In this document: positions 9,252-18,761 of the stretch, piece after piece | How the letters are laid out: each line of letters opens with the position of its first letter | How positions within the stretch are numbered: position 1 is the first letter of the stretch | Origin: Bacteroidota bacterium | GTDB lineage: Bacteria; Bacteroidota; Bacteroidia; Bacteroidales; CAIWKO01 | Reading direction: 5' to 3' | Assembly: GCA_037128515.1 (NCBI GenBank) | Contig: JBAXWF010000004.1 | Location: 38,319-102,318 of the forward strand | DNA: 64,000 nucleotides | Notes under the pieces: generated by a model | Databases searched by the model: none | Told to the model about the DNA's origin: nothing | What the model saw: only the letters and a program-made list of their open reading frames with translations | Program-made: the position numbers and the translations under genes

Positions 9252-10788
9252 ATCCTGCCCAATTTTCTCTATCCAAACTCCGATATTGTATTGCTTCGGC
9301 AAGGTGATGATTTTGAATATCTGAAGAGTTATCAAGATCGGCAATAGTTCTGGAGACTTTTAATATTCGATCGTAAGCTCTTGCAGATAGACAAAGTTTT
9401 TCCATAGCGTTTTTCAGAAGAGTCAGCCCCGATTCACTAATTTTACAATATGTTTGCAACAACTTCGTGTTCATTTGCGCATTGCAGTATACTCCTTGTA
9501 CCTGGGCAAAACGTTCTTCCTGAATTAAACGAGCAGTAATTACCCGTTCGCGAACCAGCTCACTTTTTTCGGACAATTGTGGGCGACTTAACTCACGAAA
9601 TGGCACTGGAGTGACTTCAACATGAATATCAATTCTGTCGAGCAAAGGCCCCGAGACTTTATTTAGGTATTTTTGAACAACCCCAGGACCGCAAACACAT
9701 TCTTTTTCGGGATGGTTATAATAGCCGCAAGGACAAGGGTTCATTGCCGCGACCAACATAAAACTTGCTGGATATTCGACAGTAAATTTGGCTCTTGAAA
9801 TAGTAACAACCCTATCTTCAACAGGCTGTCTCAATACTTCAAGAACTGTTCTTTTAAATTCGGGTAATTCATCGAGAAACAATACCCCATTATGCGCCAA
9901 TGAAATTTCGCCCGGTTGTGGAAAGCTTCCACCACCAACCAGAGCAACATCGCTGATGGTATGATGCGGTGCCCGAAAAGGCCTAACAGAAATCAATGAA
10001 GAGTTTTTTGCCAGTTTGCCCGAAACAGAATGAATTTTTGTTGTTTCAAGGGCTTCGTGCAAATTAAGTGGAGGAAGGATAGATGGCAAACGTTTTGCAA
10101 GCATTGTTTTTCCGGCACCCGGAGGTCCGATAAAAATGACATTATGCCCACCTGAAGCAGCAATTTCTAAAGCACGTTTTATATTTTCCTGTCCTTTCAC
10201 ATCTGAAAAATCAAATTCGTATTCGTTCAAACGTGAAAAAAACTCACCACGTGTATTCACAACCGTAGGCTCAATTTGAATATCTCCATCAAAAAACTCC
10301 ACAATTTGTCGTAATGATGAAACACCTATAACATCCAAATTGTTTACAATTGCAGCTTCTGCGGCGTTTTGTTCGGGCAATATAAAACCTTTAAAGCCCT
10401 GATTTCGGGCCTCAATAGCAATTGGCAAAGCACCTTTTATAGGCTGAATTGAACCATCGAGCGAAAGCTCTCCCATAATAATATATTTGTCCAATTCATC
10501 CGGTTTTAATTGATTTGAAGCAGCCAAAATACCCAATGCAATAGGTAGATCGTAAGCAGAACCTTCTTTTTTAATATCGGCCGGAGCCATATTAACTACA
10601 ATTCGTCGGCCAGGATAGTTAAAACCATTATTTTTAAATGATGCAACAATACGTTGTTGACTTTCTTTTACAGCGCTATCGGGCAAACCAACAATAAAGA
10701 AGTTAATACCTAAATCAATGTTCACCTCAATTGTAATGGTGATGGCGTCGATGCCAAAAATTGCGCTACCATAAGTTTTTATCAGCAT
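9250..10788 (-). CDS. comM: YifB/ComM family Mg-chelatase-like AAA+ ATPase
   Basis: 512 aa. Lon-like N-domain, Walker A GPPGAGKT, LFLDELPEF Walker B, C-terminal Mg-chelatase subunit ChlI-like region. Confidence 0.9.
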   Translation of the reverse strand: MLIKTYGSAIFGIDAITITIEVNIDLGINFFIVGLPDSAVKESQQRIVASFKNNGFNYPGRRIVVNMAPADIKKEGSAYDLPIALGILAASNQLKPDELDKYIIMGELSLDGSIQPIKGALPIAIEARNQGFKGFILPEQNAAEAAIVNNLDVIGVSSLRQIVEFFDGDIQIEPTVVNTRGEFFSRLNEYEFDFSDVKGQENIKRALEIAASGGHNVIFIGPPGAGKTMLAKRLPSILPPLNLHEALETTKIHSVSGKLAKNSSLISVRPFRAPHHTISDVALVGGGSFPQPGEISLAHNGVLFLDELPEFKRTVLEVLRQPVEDRVVTISRAKFTVEYPASFMLVAAMNPCPCGYYNHPEKECVCGPGVVQKYLNKVSGPLLDRIDIHVEVTPVPFRELSRPQLSEKSELVRERVITARLIQEERFAQVQGVYCNAQMNTKLLQTYCKISESGLTLLKNAMEKLCLSARAYDRILKVSRTIADLDNSSDIQNHHLAEAIQYRSLDRENWAG

Positions 10789-10989
10789 TTGAAATTTTTT
10801 AGGGACAATATGATAACAAATTTATTTTTTTTAATTAAGAAAACAAGGAGTATTATTAAAAATCATAAATTTTGTTAAAACAAATTATTATAATTAAAGT
10901 AAAATATTAATTATTAAATGATTGAAAAAACATAGATTTTGCTTGGTTAACTAAACGATTTAGCGAGCCTGTTTATCTTATTTTTTCAC

Positions 10990-10997
10990 TAATTTTG
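10990..10997 (+). promoter_or_regulatory. -7 box TAatTTTG
   Basis: Matches TAnnTTTG and sits 39 nt before the ATG at 11036. This argues for the 11036 start rather than the GTG at 10997. Confidence 0.4.
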
Positions 10998-11035
10998 TGC
11001 GGAAATTAAATCGCTTATTAATTAAAACTAAAAAA

Positions 11036-12025
11036 ATGAGAAAAATTACGCTTTCAATTATTTGTTTATTTGTTTTTACTATTGGTGTGGTAAAAGCACA
11101 ACAAGTTAATAATTCGGGATTCGAGAATTGGGATAATCTGGCAACCGCTACTGAAGAGCCCAGTGATTGGAATTCTTTTAAATCTGCATCCGGTGATGCT
11201 TTTTTATTAACTTTTGCAGCACAACAAGTCGCCAGATCAACACAAAAAAGACCTGGTTCTACAGGAGCATATAGTGCCGTGATTTGGTCAAGAACAATAC
11301 TTACAGTTACAGCAAATGGTAATATTACAACAGGACAAATAAATATGGGTAGTTCAACGGCTACAGATCCTAGTAATTATAATATTTCGCATACAGCATT
11401 ACCAGCATTTCGCGAAGCTTTAGGAGGAACTCCAGATTCGTTGGTGGTTTGGGTAAGGTTTAAACCCGCAAATGTTGCAGGAACGGATTCGGCACGAATT
11501 CATGCCACAATTCACGACACTTACGACTGCAAAGATCCTATTGATGCCGGTTCTGCAACACATGTGGTAGGCGAAGCAACATTAAATTTTGCAACAACTA
11601 ATAATATTTGGGTTCGTAAAAGTTTCGCATTTAATTATGCAGGACCGGCAACTTCACCCGATTATATCTTAATTTCTTTAACAACAAACAAAACTCCGGG
11701 CGGAGGCACCGGTGGGGATAGTTTATATATTGATGATTTAGAACTAAAATATAATGATGCAAGCATTGGTGGTGTTAATTACGCTAAAAACATTAATGTT
11801 TATACCGATGCACACGATTTGGTTATAAAATTACTATTCGAAAAACAACAGAAATCAAATATTACAATTTACAATATGCGAGGACAAGTTGTTTACAATA
11901 CGCAAATAAATGCAACAGCATCACAAAAGCGCATTACACTCGATACATTCAACAAGGGTGTTTATGTTGTTGATGTGGTTAACGAAGACGGACAAAGGTT
12001 CAGCCAAAAGGTGATAATTAAATAA
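11036..12025 (+). CDS. Secreted beta-sandwich (PCMD-like) protein with type A T9SS C-terminal domain
   Basis: Signal peptide MRKITLSIICLFVFTIGVVKAQ. GFENW...SDW start and DSLYIDDLEL end resemble the putative carbohydrate metabolism domain family (from memory). C-terminus ITIYNMRGQVVY...GVYVVDVV...KVIIK is a Por secretion tail. Confidence 0.75.
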   Translation: MRKITLSIICLFVFTIGVVKAQQVNNSGFENWDNLATATEEPSDWNSFKSASGDAFLLTFAAQQVARSTQKRPGSTGAYSAVIWSRTILTVTANGNITTGQINMGSSTATDPSNYNISHTALPAFREALGGTPDSLVVWVRFKPANVAGTDSARIHATIHDTYDCKDPIDAGSATHVVGEATLNFATTNNIWVRKSFAFNYAGPATSPDYILISLTTNKTPGGGTGGDSLYIDDLELKYNDASIGGVNYAKNINVYTDAHDLVIKLLFEKQQKSNITIYNMRGQVVYNTQINATASQKRITLDTFNKGVYVVDVVNEDGQRFSQKVIIK

Positions 12026-12076
12026 TAATTTGATTAATTTTGCTCCTTGTTTTTGTTTTAATTTAATATATTTAAA

Positions 12077-14485
12077 ATGACATATTTTTTTAAAAAGCTT
12101 AGCCAAATATTGCTTTTTATTATAGCAGGAATCTTTTTTCCTGCTATGCTTTTTTCACAAAATGGCACTATTAAAGGTAAAATTACCGAACAAGGTTCAA
12201 ACAAGTCGGTACCTTTTGTAAACATTGGCATTAAAGACCAGCACAAAGGGACTATGAGCGATATTGACGGAAATTATGAGTTAGAGGTTTTGCCCGGCGA
12301 TTATGTTCTAATGTTTTCATCTATAGGTTTTGAAAGAACGAATAGAACCGTTTCTGTTAAAGCCGGAAAAATACTAACAGTTGATATTTTTATGATTCCC
12401 GTGATACACGAATTAAATATGACCGTGGTTTCGGGTTCTAAATATGAACAAAAACTTGAAGATGCTACAAATTCAGTTGATATTATCAAACCGTCGATGA
12501 TTGAAAATCAAAATATTCTTACTCTTGATAAAGCGGTCGAATCGGTTCCCGGCGTTGCTATTGTAGATAATGAGCCGCAAATCAGAGGTGGAAGTGGTTT
12601 TAGCTCCGGATTAGGGAGCAGGGTAATGATTTTAATCGACGAAATACCCATTTTAAGTCCCGATGCAGGGAGACCGGTTTGGAGTTTTTTACCTGTTGAG
12701 TCGGTTGAACAAATAGAAGTTGTAAAAGGGGCATCATCGGTGATGTATGGTTCTGCAGCATTAAATGGCGCAATTAACATTCGCACGGCATATCCCAAAG
12801 AAAAAACCCTTACCAAGGTAACCTTAACAAGCGGCATTTATAGTGTTCCGCCCAAGCGCTACACAAAATCATGGGAAGGGTTTAATCCTATAATTCTGGG
12901 CGCAAGCTTCATTCATTCGCAGCGAATTAATAATTTCGATTACGTAATTGGTGGCAACTTTTTATCCGATCCGGGTTATATAGGCGCTCCACCCCACGAT
13001 ACAACTGGAAGTTATAACAAAGGCGCATTCGATCAAAACTTTCGATTAAATTTTGGCACACGGGTTCGCTCAGTTCGTGTTGAGGGTTTAACCTATGGTT
13101 TGAATGGCAATTTCATGTATTCTAAAAATACACAAGCATATTTTTGGATGGACGCCGATTCAAATATTTTTAGGGCATATCCTGGAGCCATCACAAATTT
13201 TAACGAATTTCAGTTTTATGTCGATCCGTACGTAAAATATTTTGGCCCCAAAGGGGCTTCGCATTCGCTAAAAAACAGAGTTTATTATGCCAACAATGGT
13301 GCCAACAACAACCAATCCACCATGTCGTATTCCATTTACGACGAATATCAGTTCTCAAAAGTGTTTAAAAAATTGGGCAACCTCATTATTAATGCCGGTA
13401 TCATGAACATGTATTCCTATTCTTACGGAAAAGTGTTTTCCGGCGATTTCGGAAAAAACGGATCTAAATCCTCCGACAATTTTGCCGTTTATTTGCAGGC
13501 CGAAAAGAAATTTTTCAACTGGCTCACCTTTTCGGGCGGTGCACGTTGGGAATATTATCATTTGGGCGATTATACTGATAACAAACCCATTTTCAGAGCA
13601 GGTTTAAATATGAGAGTTACCAAAGGCACCTATGTCAGAGCTTCTTTTGGACAAGGTTTCCGGTTTCCCAGCATTGGCGAACGTTATATTTCCACCTATT
13701 CGGGCAATTTCGGAATATATCCAAACCCCAATCTGCAATCCGAAACAAGTTGGAATACCGAACTGGGCATAAAGCAACTGTTTAAAATCAAAAATTTTGT
13801 TGGATTTATTGATGTCTGCGGATTTTTACAACAATATCATAACTACATCGAATTTACCGCCGCTTTGTGGGGACGCAATATGTATGCCGATAGCTCGGGA
13901 TACGACATTTCGAAAAATTTAGGCTACAAGTTTTTAAACACAGCCGATGCCCGAGTGTGGGGAATTGATTGCGCTTTGGTAGGAGAAGGCAAGTTCTCCA
14001 AAAATTTCTCTATGACCATTATGGCAGGATATACCTTCTCGCGTCCAACATCACTTGACCCCGAAAAGATTTATTACACCGACACGGTCCTGAAACAAGA
14101 TTTTACCTATGTTAGCAGTTCGTCCGATACACGAAAAAGTATTCTCAAATATCGTTTCGAGCAATTGGCAAAAGTGGATATCGATTTTACCTACAAAAGC
14201 ATTTCATTGGGCTTTAGTGGCAAATATTACGGATTTATGTACAACATCGATAAATTCTTTCTCGAAAACGACCGCCCGGGCTTGTTCGATACCGGTATAA
14301 AACAATATCGCAAAGATCATCACAACGGCGATTATGTATTCGATTCGCGAATAAGCTATGAACTCAAAAAACATTTTAAATTCTCCGTACTGGTTAATAA
14401 TATATTAAATGCCGAATACTCCTTGCGACCAATATCCGTTCAACCCCCCAGGGTTACATCCATACAAATTATTTATAAAGTTTAA
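12077..14485 (+). CDS. TonB-dependent receptor with N-terminal CarboxypepD_reg-like domain
   Basis: 802 aa. GTIKGKITE...DIDGNYELEVLPGDYVLMFSSIGFE, plug motifs (IRGGSG, GSAALNGAINI), long beta-barrel region. Confidence 0.9.
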   Translation: MTYFFKKLSQILLFIIAGIFFPAMLFSQNGTIKGKITEQGSNKSVPFVNIGIKDQHKGTMSDIDGNYELEVLPGDYVLMFSSIGFERTNRTVSVKAGKILTVDIFMIPVIHELNMTVVSGSKYEQKLEDATNSVDIIKPSMIENQNILTLDKAVESVPGVAIVDNEPQIRGGSGFSSGLGSRVMILIDEIPILSPDAGRPVWSFLPVESVEQIEVVKGASSVMYGSAALNGAINIRTAYPKEKTLTKVTLTSGIYSVPPKRYTKSWEGFNPIILGASFIHSQRINNFDYVIGGNFLSDPGYIGAPPHDTTGSYNKGAFDQNFRLNFGTRVRSVRVEGLTYGLNGNFMYSKNTQAYFWMDADSNIFRAYPGAITNFNEFQFYVDPYVKYFGPKGASHSLKNRVYYANNGANNNQSTMSYSIYDEYQFSKVFKKLGNLIINAGIMNMYSYSYGKVFSGDFGKNGSKSSDNFAVYLQAEKKFFNWLTFSGGARWEYYHLGDYTDNKPIFRAGLNMRVTKGTYVRASFGQGFRFPSIGERYISTYSGNFGIYPNPNLQSETSWNTELGIKQLFKIKNFVGFIDVCGFLQQYHNYIEFTAALWGRNMYADSSGYDISKNLGYKFLNTADARVWGIDCALVGEGKFSKNFSMTIMAGYTFSRPTSLDPEKIYYTDTVLKQDFTYVSSSSDTRKSILKYRFEQLAKVDIDFTYKSISLGFSGKYYGFMYNIDKFFLENDRPGLFDTGIKQYRKDHHNGDYVFDSRISYELKKHFKFSVLVNNILNAEYSLRPISVQPPRVTSIQIIYKV

Positions 14486-14535
14486 AACCTTCCAACTTCA
14501 AAAACAGAATTCAGAATAATAAACCCGAATTAAAG

Positions 14536-15294
14536 ATGAAAAAACTCCCCTATTCTTTTATCATAACAATAATTGCAGGACTCAGCATTTTTGCAGCAAC
14601 AACTGCTTGCCGCGAATATATCGACACCATACCGGTTAAAAACGTTGATTTAAACTGCTCTTTAAACATAACTGGAGGTTGTTTCGATCAGTGGGTAATG
14701 TTGAACGATGGCAACGATTTTTTTAGTATGGAACCCGCCGGCAATTATTTACGAACACTCAACTACCTGCACACACTGCCTGCAGCAGCCGGAGGCCCAG
14801 GACCTCTTACAACCGACAGCACCACTGATTCATATTCGGGCAAATATGCCGCCCTGTTAATTACAGGAACCTTTAGCCCAATGGGATCTCCCATCCTAAT
14901 ACCCGGTCTAGTTGGCACCGATTCTCTCGATATTCCCAATGCCAATATCCGACTTGGAAAACGCTACACATTGCGCCCAACAGCTTTTTTGGGTTATTAT
15001 AAATACGAACCCGTGGCTGGCGATAGTGCCATGATATCAGTAGTTTTATCAAAGTATAACACCGCATTGAACAAAAGAGATACAATTGGGTGGGTTAAAC
15101 AGTTGTATAAAAATACCGTAACAACCTATACCCCCATTAATTTACCAATCATATATAATTCGGCTGATACCCCCGATACCTTAACCCTGCTGATTTGTTC
15201 AAGCGCTGGAGTGCGGTTCAACGATTTAATGAACTGCAAAGGCCAAGTGGGTAGCAAAATGTGGATTGATGAAATTTCCTTTGTTTTGCCATAA
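14536..15294 (+). CDS. Lipoprotein paralogous to the 11036-12025 beta-sandwich protein (PCMD-like)
   Basis: Lipoprotein-type signal (..FAATTAC). By eye it aligns with the upstream protein: CFDQW vs GFENW, PTAFLGYYKYEP vs PDSLVVWVRFKP, GSKMWIDEISF vs GDSLYIDDLEL. Confidence 0.75.
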   Translation: MKKLPYSFIITIIAGLSIFAATTACREYIDTIPVKNVDLNCSLNITGGCFDQWVMLNDGNDFFSMEPAGNYLRTLNYLHTLPAAAGGPGPLTTDSTTDSYSGKYAALLITGTFSPMGSPILIPGLVGTDSLDIPNANIRLGKRYTLRPTAFLGYYKYEPVAGDSAMISVVLSKYNTALNKRDTIGWVKQLYKNTVTTYTPINLPIIYNSADTPDTLTLLICSSAGVRFNDLMNCKGQVGSKMWIDEISFVLP

Positions 15295-15414
15295 TGAAAT
15301 AATGATTTTGATAATAAATGCTACCATTTATGCTAGCCTTTTTTTATTAAACGCATCCCTCCGGATAAAAGATATCTATAAAAGAAATTCAGCATAAAAC
15401 TTGAGACGAAAAAC

Positions 15415-16905
15415 TCAAAACTCCAAATAAATAAAAGGTTGCGTATCGGCCGAAAATGCCTGATAAATAAAAATTACACCCACCGCCACCACCAAAGTCT
15501 TCAAAGCCCAGTGCAAGGCCACAAAACGGCGAGTGAAAATATCATTCCATTTCATAGGCGAATAAATAAGAAAAAAAGCCACCACCATGATCACAAGTGG
15601 TCGCGTATAAAGCTGTGCCCACTGCCCTGCCACACTCAAAGTAAAATGCGAAAACACCAGCGAATAAACCTTTGCTGCGGCCTGCAAACTTTCGGCACGA
15701 AACAACACCATAGAAAATGCCAAAAAATGAAAAGTAACGAAAATACTTAGAAAGCGATACAGCCCACTCAATTTACTTTTCGATAATTTTGAGCGCGTAT
15801 TCACTGTCACAAAAGTTAATGCAATGGCCAATCCGTGCGAAGTGCCCCACAAGATATACGTCCAGTTTGGCCCATGCCAAAAACCCGAAATAAAAAACGT
15901 AATAAGCACCGCCAAAACAACACCCGCTTGTTTAAACCGCCTGAAAGTGAACGAAAGCGGGTAAAACACATACTCATTAAACCATCCCGACAAAGTCATG
16001 TGCCAACGTCGCCAAAAATCCGCCACATTATTAGCCATAAAAGGCTTGTTGAAGTTCGGACTCACTGCAAAACCTAGCAGCATTGCCAACCCGATAACAA
16101 TATCGGTATAACCCGAAAAATCGAAATATATTTGAATGGCATAACCATAAATAGCCATCAACCCTTCAAAACCAGTAAAAAATTCGGGCGAATCGAACAC
16201 CCTATCAACAAGATTTGCACCTAAAAAATCTGCAATAAAAACTTTTTTAAATGTACCGATTAGTATCAACAAAAAGGCTTTTCCAATCAGCTCACGTGTA
16301 AAATTCAGTTTGCTTTGAAACTGCGGCAACAAATCGCGTGCTTTCGAAATAGGACCTGCCAATATATTTGGGAAAAACGAAACGTAGAGTAAATAATTGA
16401 AATAGTTTTTTTCGGGCTTATCAATTACCTCGCGATAAATATCAAAAATATACGACAAAGTTTTAAACACAAAAAACGAAATACCAATAGGCATTATCAA
16501 ATTCAAAATCACCGGCGAAGGCTGGCCTGTGGTTATACCAAAAAAAGTGTTTAACAAAAAATTGGTGTATTTAAAAAGAATTAAAGCCCCAATATTGATA
16601 AAAATTGAAAGCAACAACAACAATTTCTTTTTTTGCTGAGTGCTAACTCGAAACATCTTTTTCCCGATCAAATAATCGGAAGAGGCCATTAGTATAAGCA
16701 AAATCAAATAAAACCCCGAAATTTTATAATAAAAGAACAAACTAAAAGCCAGCAATAGCAGGTTTCGCTTTTTGATGTCGTTATACACAAAAACATAGCC
16801 GATATACAGAAACGAAAACAACACAATAAACAACACCGAATTGAACACCAAAGGCGATTTGGGGCTATAAACAAGTGCGTTTAAAAATTCATTAATGATG
16901 TTCAT
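15415..16905 (-). CDS. MBOAT family O-acyltransferase (AlgI/DltB/PatA-like)
   Basis: 496 aa and polytopic. Motifs FWRRWHMTLSGWFNEYVFYPL and GFWHGPNWTYILWG are typical of the AlgI/DltB family. Confidence 0.9.
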   Translation of the reverse strand: MNIINEFLNALVYSPKSPLVFNSVLFIVLFSFLYIGYVFVYNDIKKRNLLLLAFSLFFYYKISGFYLILLILMASSDYLIGKKMFRVSTQQKKKLLLLLSIFINIGALILFKYTNFLLNTFFGITTGQPSPVILNLIMPIGISFFVFKTLSYIFDIYREVIDKPEKNYFNYLLYVSFFPNILAGPISKARDLLPQFQSKLNFTRELIGKAFLLILIGTFKKVFIADFLGANLVDRVFDSPEFFTGFEGLMAIYGYAIQIYFDFSGYTDIVIGLAMLLGFAVSPNFNKPFMANNVADFWRRWHMTLSGWFNEYVFYPLSFTFRRFKQAGVVLAVLITFFISGFWHGPNWTYILWGTSHGLAIALTFVTVNTRSKLSKSKLSGLYRFLSIFVTFHFLAFSMVLFRAESLQAAAKVYSLVFSHFTLSVAGQWAQLYTRPLVIMVVAFFLIYSPMKWNDIFTRRFVALHWALKTLVVAVGVIFIYQAFSADTQPFIYLEF

Positions 16906-16908
16906 AAA

Positions 16909-18759
16909 CTATGGAATAAGCAAAGTTTGTCCGATGCTTAATTTTTCGGTTTTAAGTTTGTTTAATTGTTTAATTTTATCGACTGTGGTGTTATATTTTC
17001 GTGCAATAGACCAAAGCGAATCGCCCGAAGCAACTTTATAAACAGCTTTTCGCTGACCGGGTCGAGTTTCGTTTGTGGGTTTAATGGCAGTTTGGTTTTG
17101 AGGCACAGAGGTTTTCTCCACTGATTTTGGCACCGGATTAACGGCAGGAACGTGCGATTTTTTATATATCACCAACGATTCACCCGCAATAATTTTTGTG
17201 CCCGACAAACCATTCCAATACTGTAGGTCTTTTACCGAAACACCATGCCGCTCGGCAATAGCTCCCAAGTTGTCACCCGAACGGATAGTATAATAACGCC
17301 GGTCAGTGCCCTCTGTATCGTTTTCGGGTTCGGTATATACCACAGTTGGTTCTACCTTGGTATTTTCTTTTTTAAAGTTAAGTTCTTCAACAAAATATTT
17401 CTTTAATTGTGTGGTGTCCAGTGCATGTTTTTCGGCCACCAAACTATCCGATTTGCTTTTCAACCACAATACATAAGAATTTAAAATTGCATTCAAATAC
17501 AATTCGCCCTTGGTATAATATCCGGGAGTGGTCAAATGAATTTTGTCGGGTTTAGATAGTCCACGTTTATACCACAAATTCATCGAGCCTTTGTTGCCGC
17601 TCACATCATAGTAGTTATAAAAAGCACATTTACGGTATTCGGCCACACGTCGGGTTACTTCCATAAAATCTTTGCATTCTACAATATCTCTTTTTCGTCT
17701 GTACAAAATATCTTGTGAATTTGAAATGATGATAGATGTTGACGGTGTTGCCCGCTGAATAATATCAATAATTTTTACCAAATTACTTTCCATCTCTGCC
17801 GTATTAAAGGCACCTCCATAAAAATCGTTTGCCCCCAAATCTAAGATTACCAAATCGGGACAAAATTCGGCAATTTGAGTTTCGAAAATTCGTTGTTTTA
17901 ATATGCTTTTATAGCCAGCACCGTTTATACCGGTGCTACAGTATAGCACCCCACTGTTTTCCCGACTTTCAATCATCAAGCCATAACACTCAAAAAAGTT
18001 TTGTTTTTTGTTGGTTTTATTCATTGTAACCTCGATGGTGTCCGATGCTTTCGAAAGCGAGATAAGGATATAGGGTTTTTTGGCAGCATTATCGCTGCAA
18101 TCAACATAAATCGGTAGCGAACCCGAATTCGTTTTAAGCTTGATATCGTAGCTCAAACTGTCTTGCTTGCAATAGAGTTTAATAACACTGAAGTTGTCAC
18201 GGATAAATCCATCACGAAACACAATTTTAAAACTTGCAGCCGAATCTTTTGTATGGATGGTGGCACCAATCAATCCCATGTCGAACACTGCTTCGCGCTG
18301 AGTGTTACGGGTCCATTCCCATATTCCGGTGCAATAGGTTTTATAATCATAAGCCGAATGCGTTCCGGCAGCTCGGTATGGAAAAATCAATCCACGTCCT
18401 CCATAGCCGAATATATCCTGCAAGCGTTCGCGTATATATCCTGATGGAATGTCGGCCTGAAGGTGCGAGTCGCCAATGTGTAATATTTTTAATTTCCGTC
18501 TAGGAGTTTTTGGTATTTTTCTAAAAAACGAATCAATAGCCGCGAGGTTTGTCCATTCTATATAATTTCTGTTATAATTGATAAAAGGGTAGTAGTTTTG
18601 GTACCTTATCAGTTCATTCATAAACTTCGGACTAGAAATAGAATCTTCAACAAGTTGGGCACGGAAAACCGGTTTCATATAATTTCTGAACGCAAGCAAT
18701 ATTGCTATCATTGGTATAAGCGCCAAAATCCAAAACCGATATCGTCGAGCACGATGCAT
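16909..18759 (-). CDS. Membrane-anchored SGNH/GDSL-like protein with two C-terminal LysM domains
   Basis: N-terminal TM segment. Block I HIGDSHLQAD, then a long insertion, then LDLGANDF and PDKIHLT blocks. Two LysM repeats (YTIRSGDNLGAIAERHGV.., YKVASGDSLWSIARKYNT..). A GTG at 18762 is an alternative start. Confidence 0.8.
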   Translation of the reverse strand: MHRARRYRFWILALIPMIAILLAFRNYMKPVFRAQLVEDSISSPKFMNELIRYQNYYPFINYNRNYIEWTNLAAIDSFFRKIPKTPRRKLKILHIGDSHLQADIPSGYIRERLQDIFGYGGRGLIFPYRAAGTHSAYDYKTYCTGIWEWTRNTQREAVFDMGLIGATIHTKDSAASFKIVFRDGFIRDNFSVIKLYCKQDSLSYDIKLKTNSGSLPIYVDCSDNAAKKPYILISLSKASDTIEVTMNKTNKKQNFFECYGLMIESRENSGVLYCSTGINGAGYKSILKQRIFETQIAEFCPDLVILDLGANDFYGGAFNTAEMESNLVKIIDIIQRATPSTSIIISNSQDILYRRKRDIVECKDFMEVTRRVAEYRKCAFYNYYDVSGNKGSMNLWYKRGLSKPDKIHLTTPGYYTKGELYLNAILNSYVLWLKSKSDSLVAEKHALDTTQLKKYFVEELNFKKENTKVEPTVVYTEPENDTEGTDRRYYTIRSGDNLGAIAERHGVSVKDLQYWNGLSGTKIIAGESLVIYKKSHVPAVNPVPKSVEKTSVPQNQTAIKPTNETRPGQRKAVYKVASGDSLWSIARKYNTTVDKIKQLNKLKTEKLSIGQTLLIP

Positions 18760-18761
18760 CA

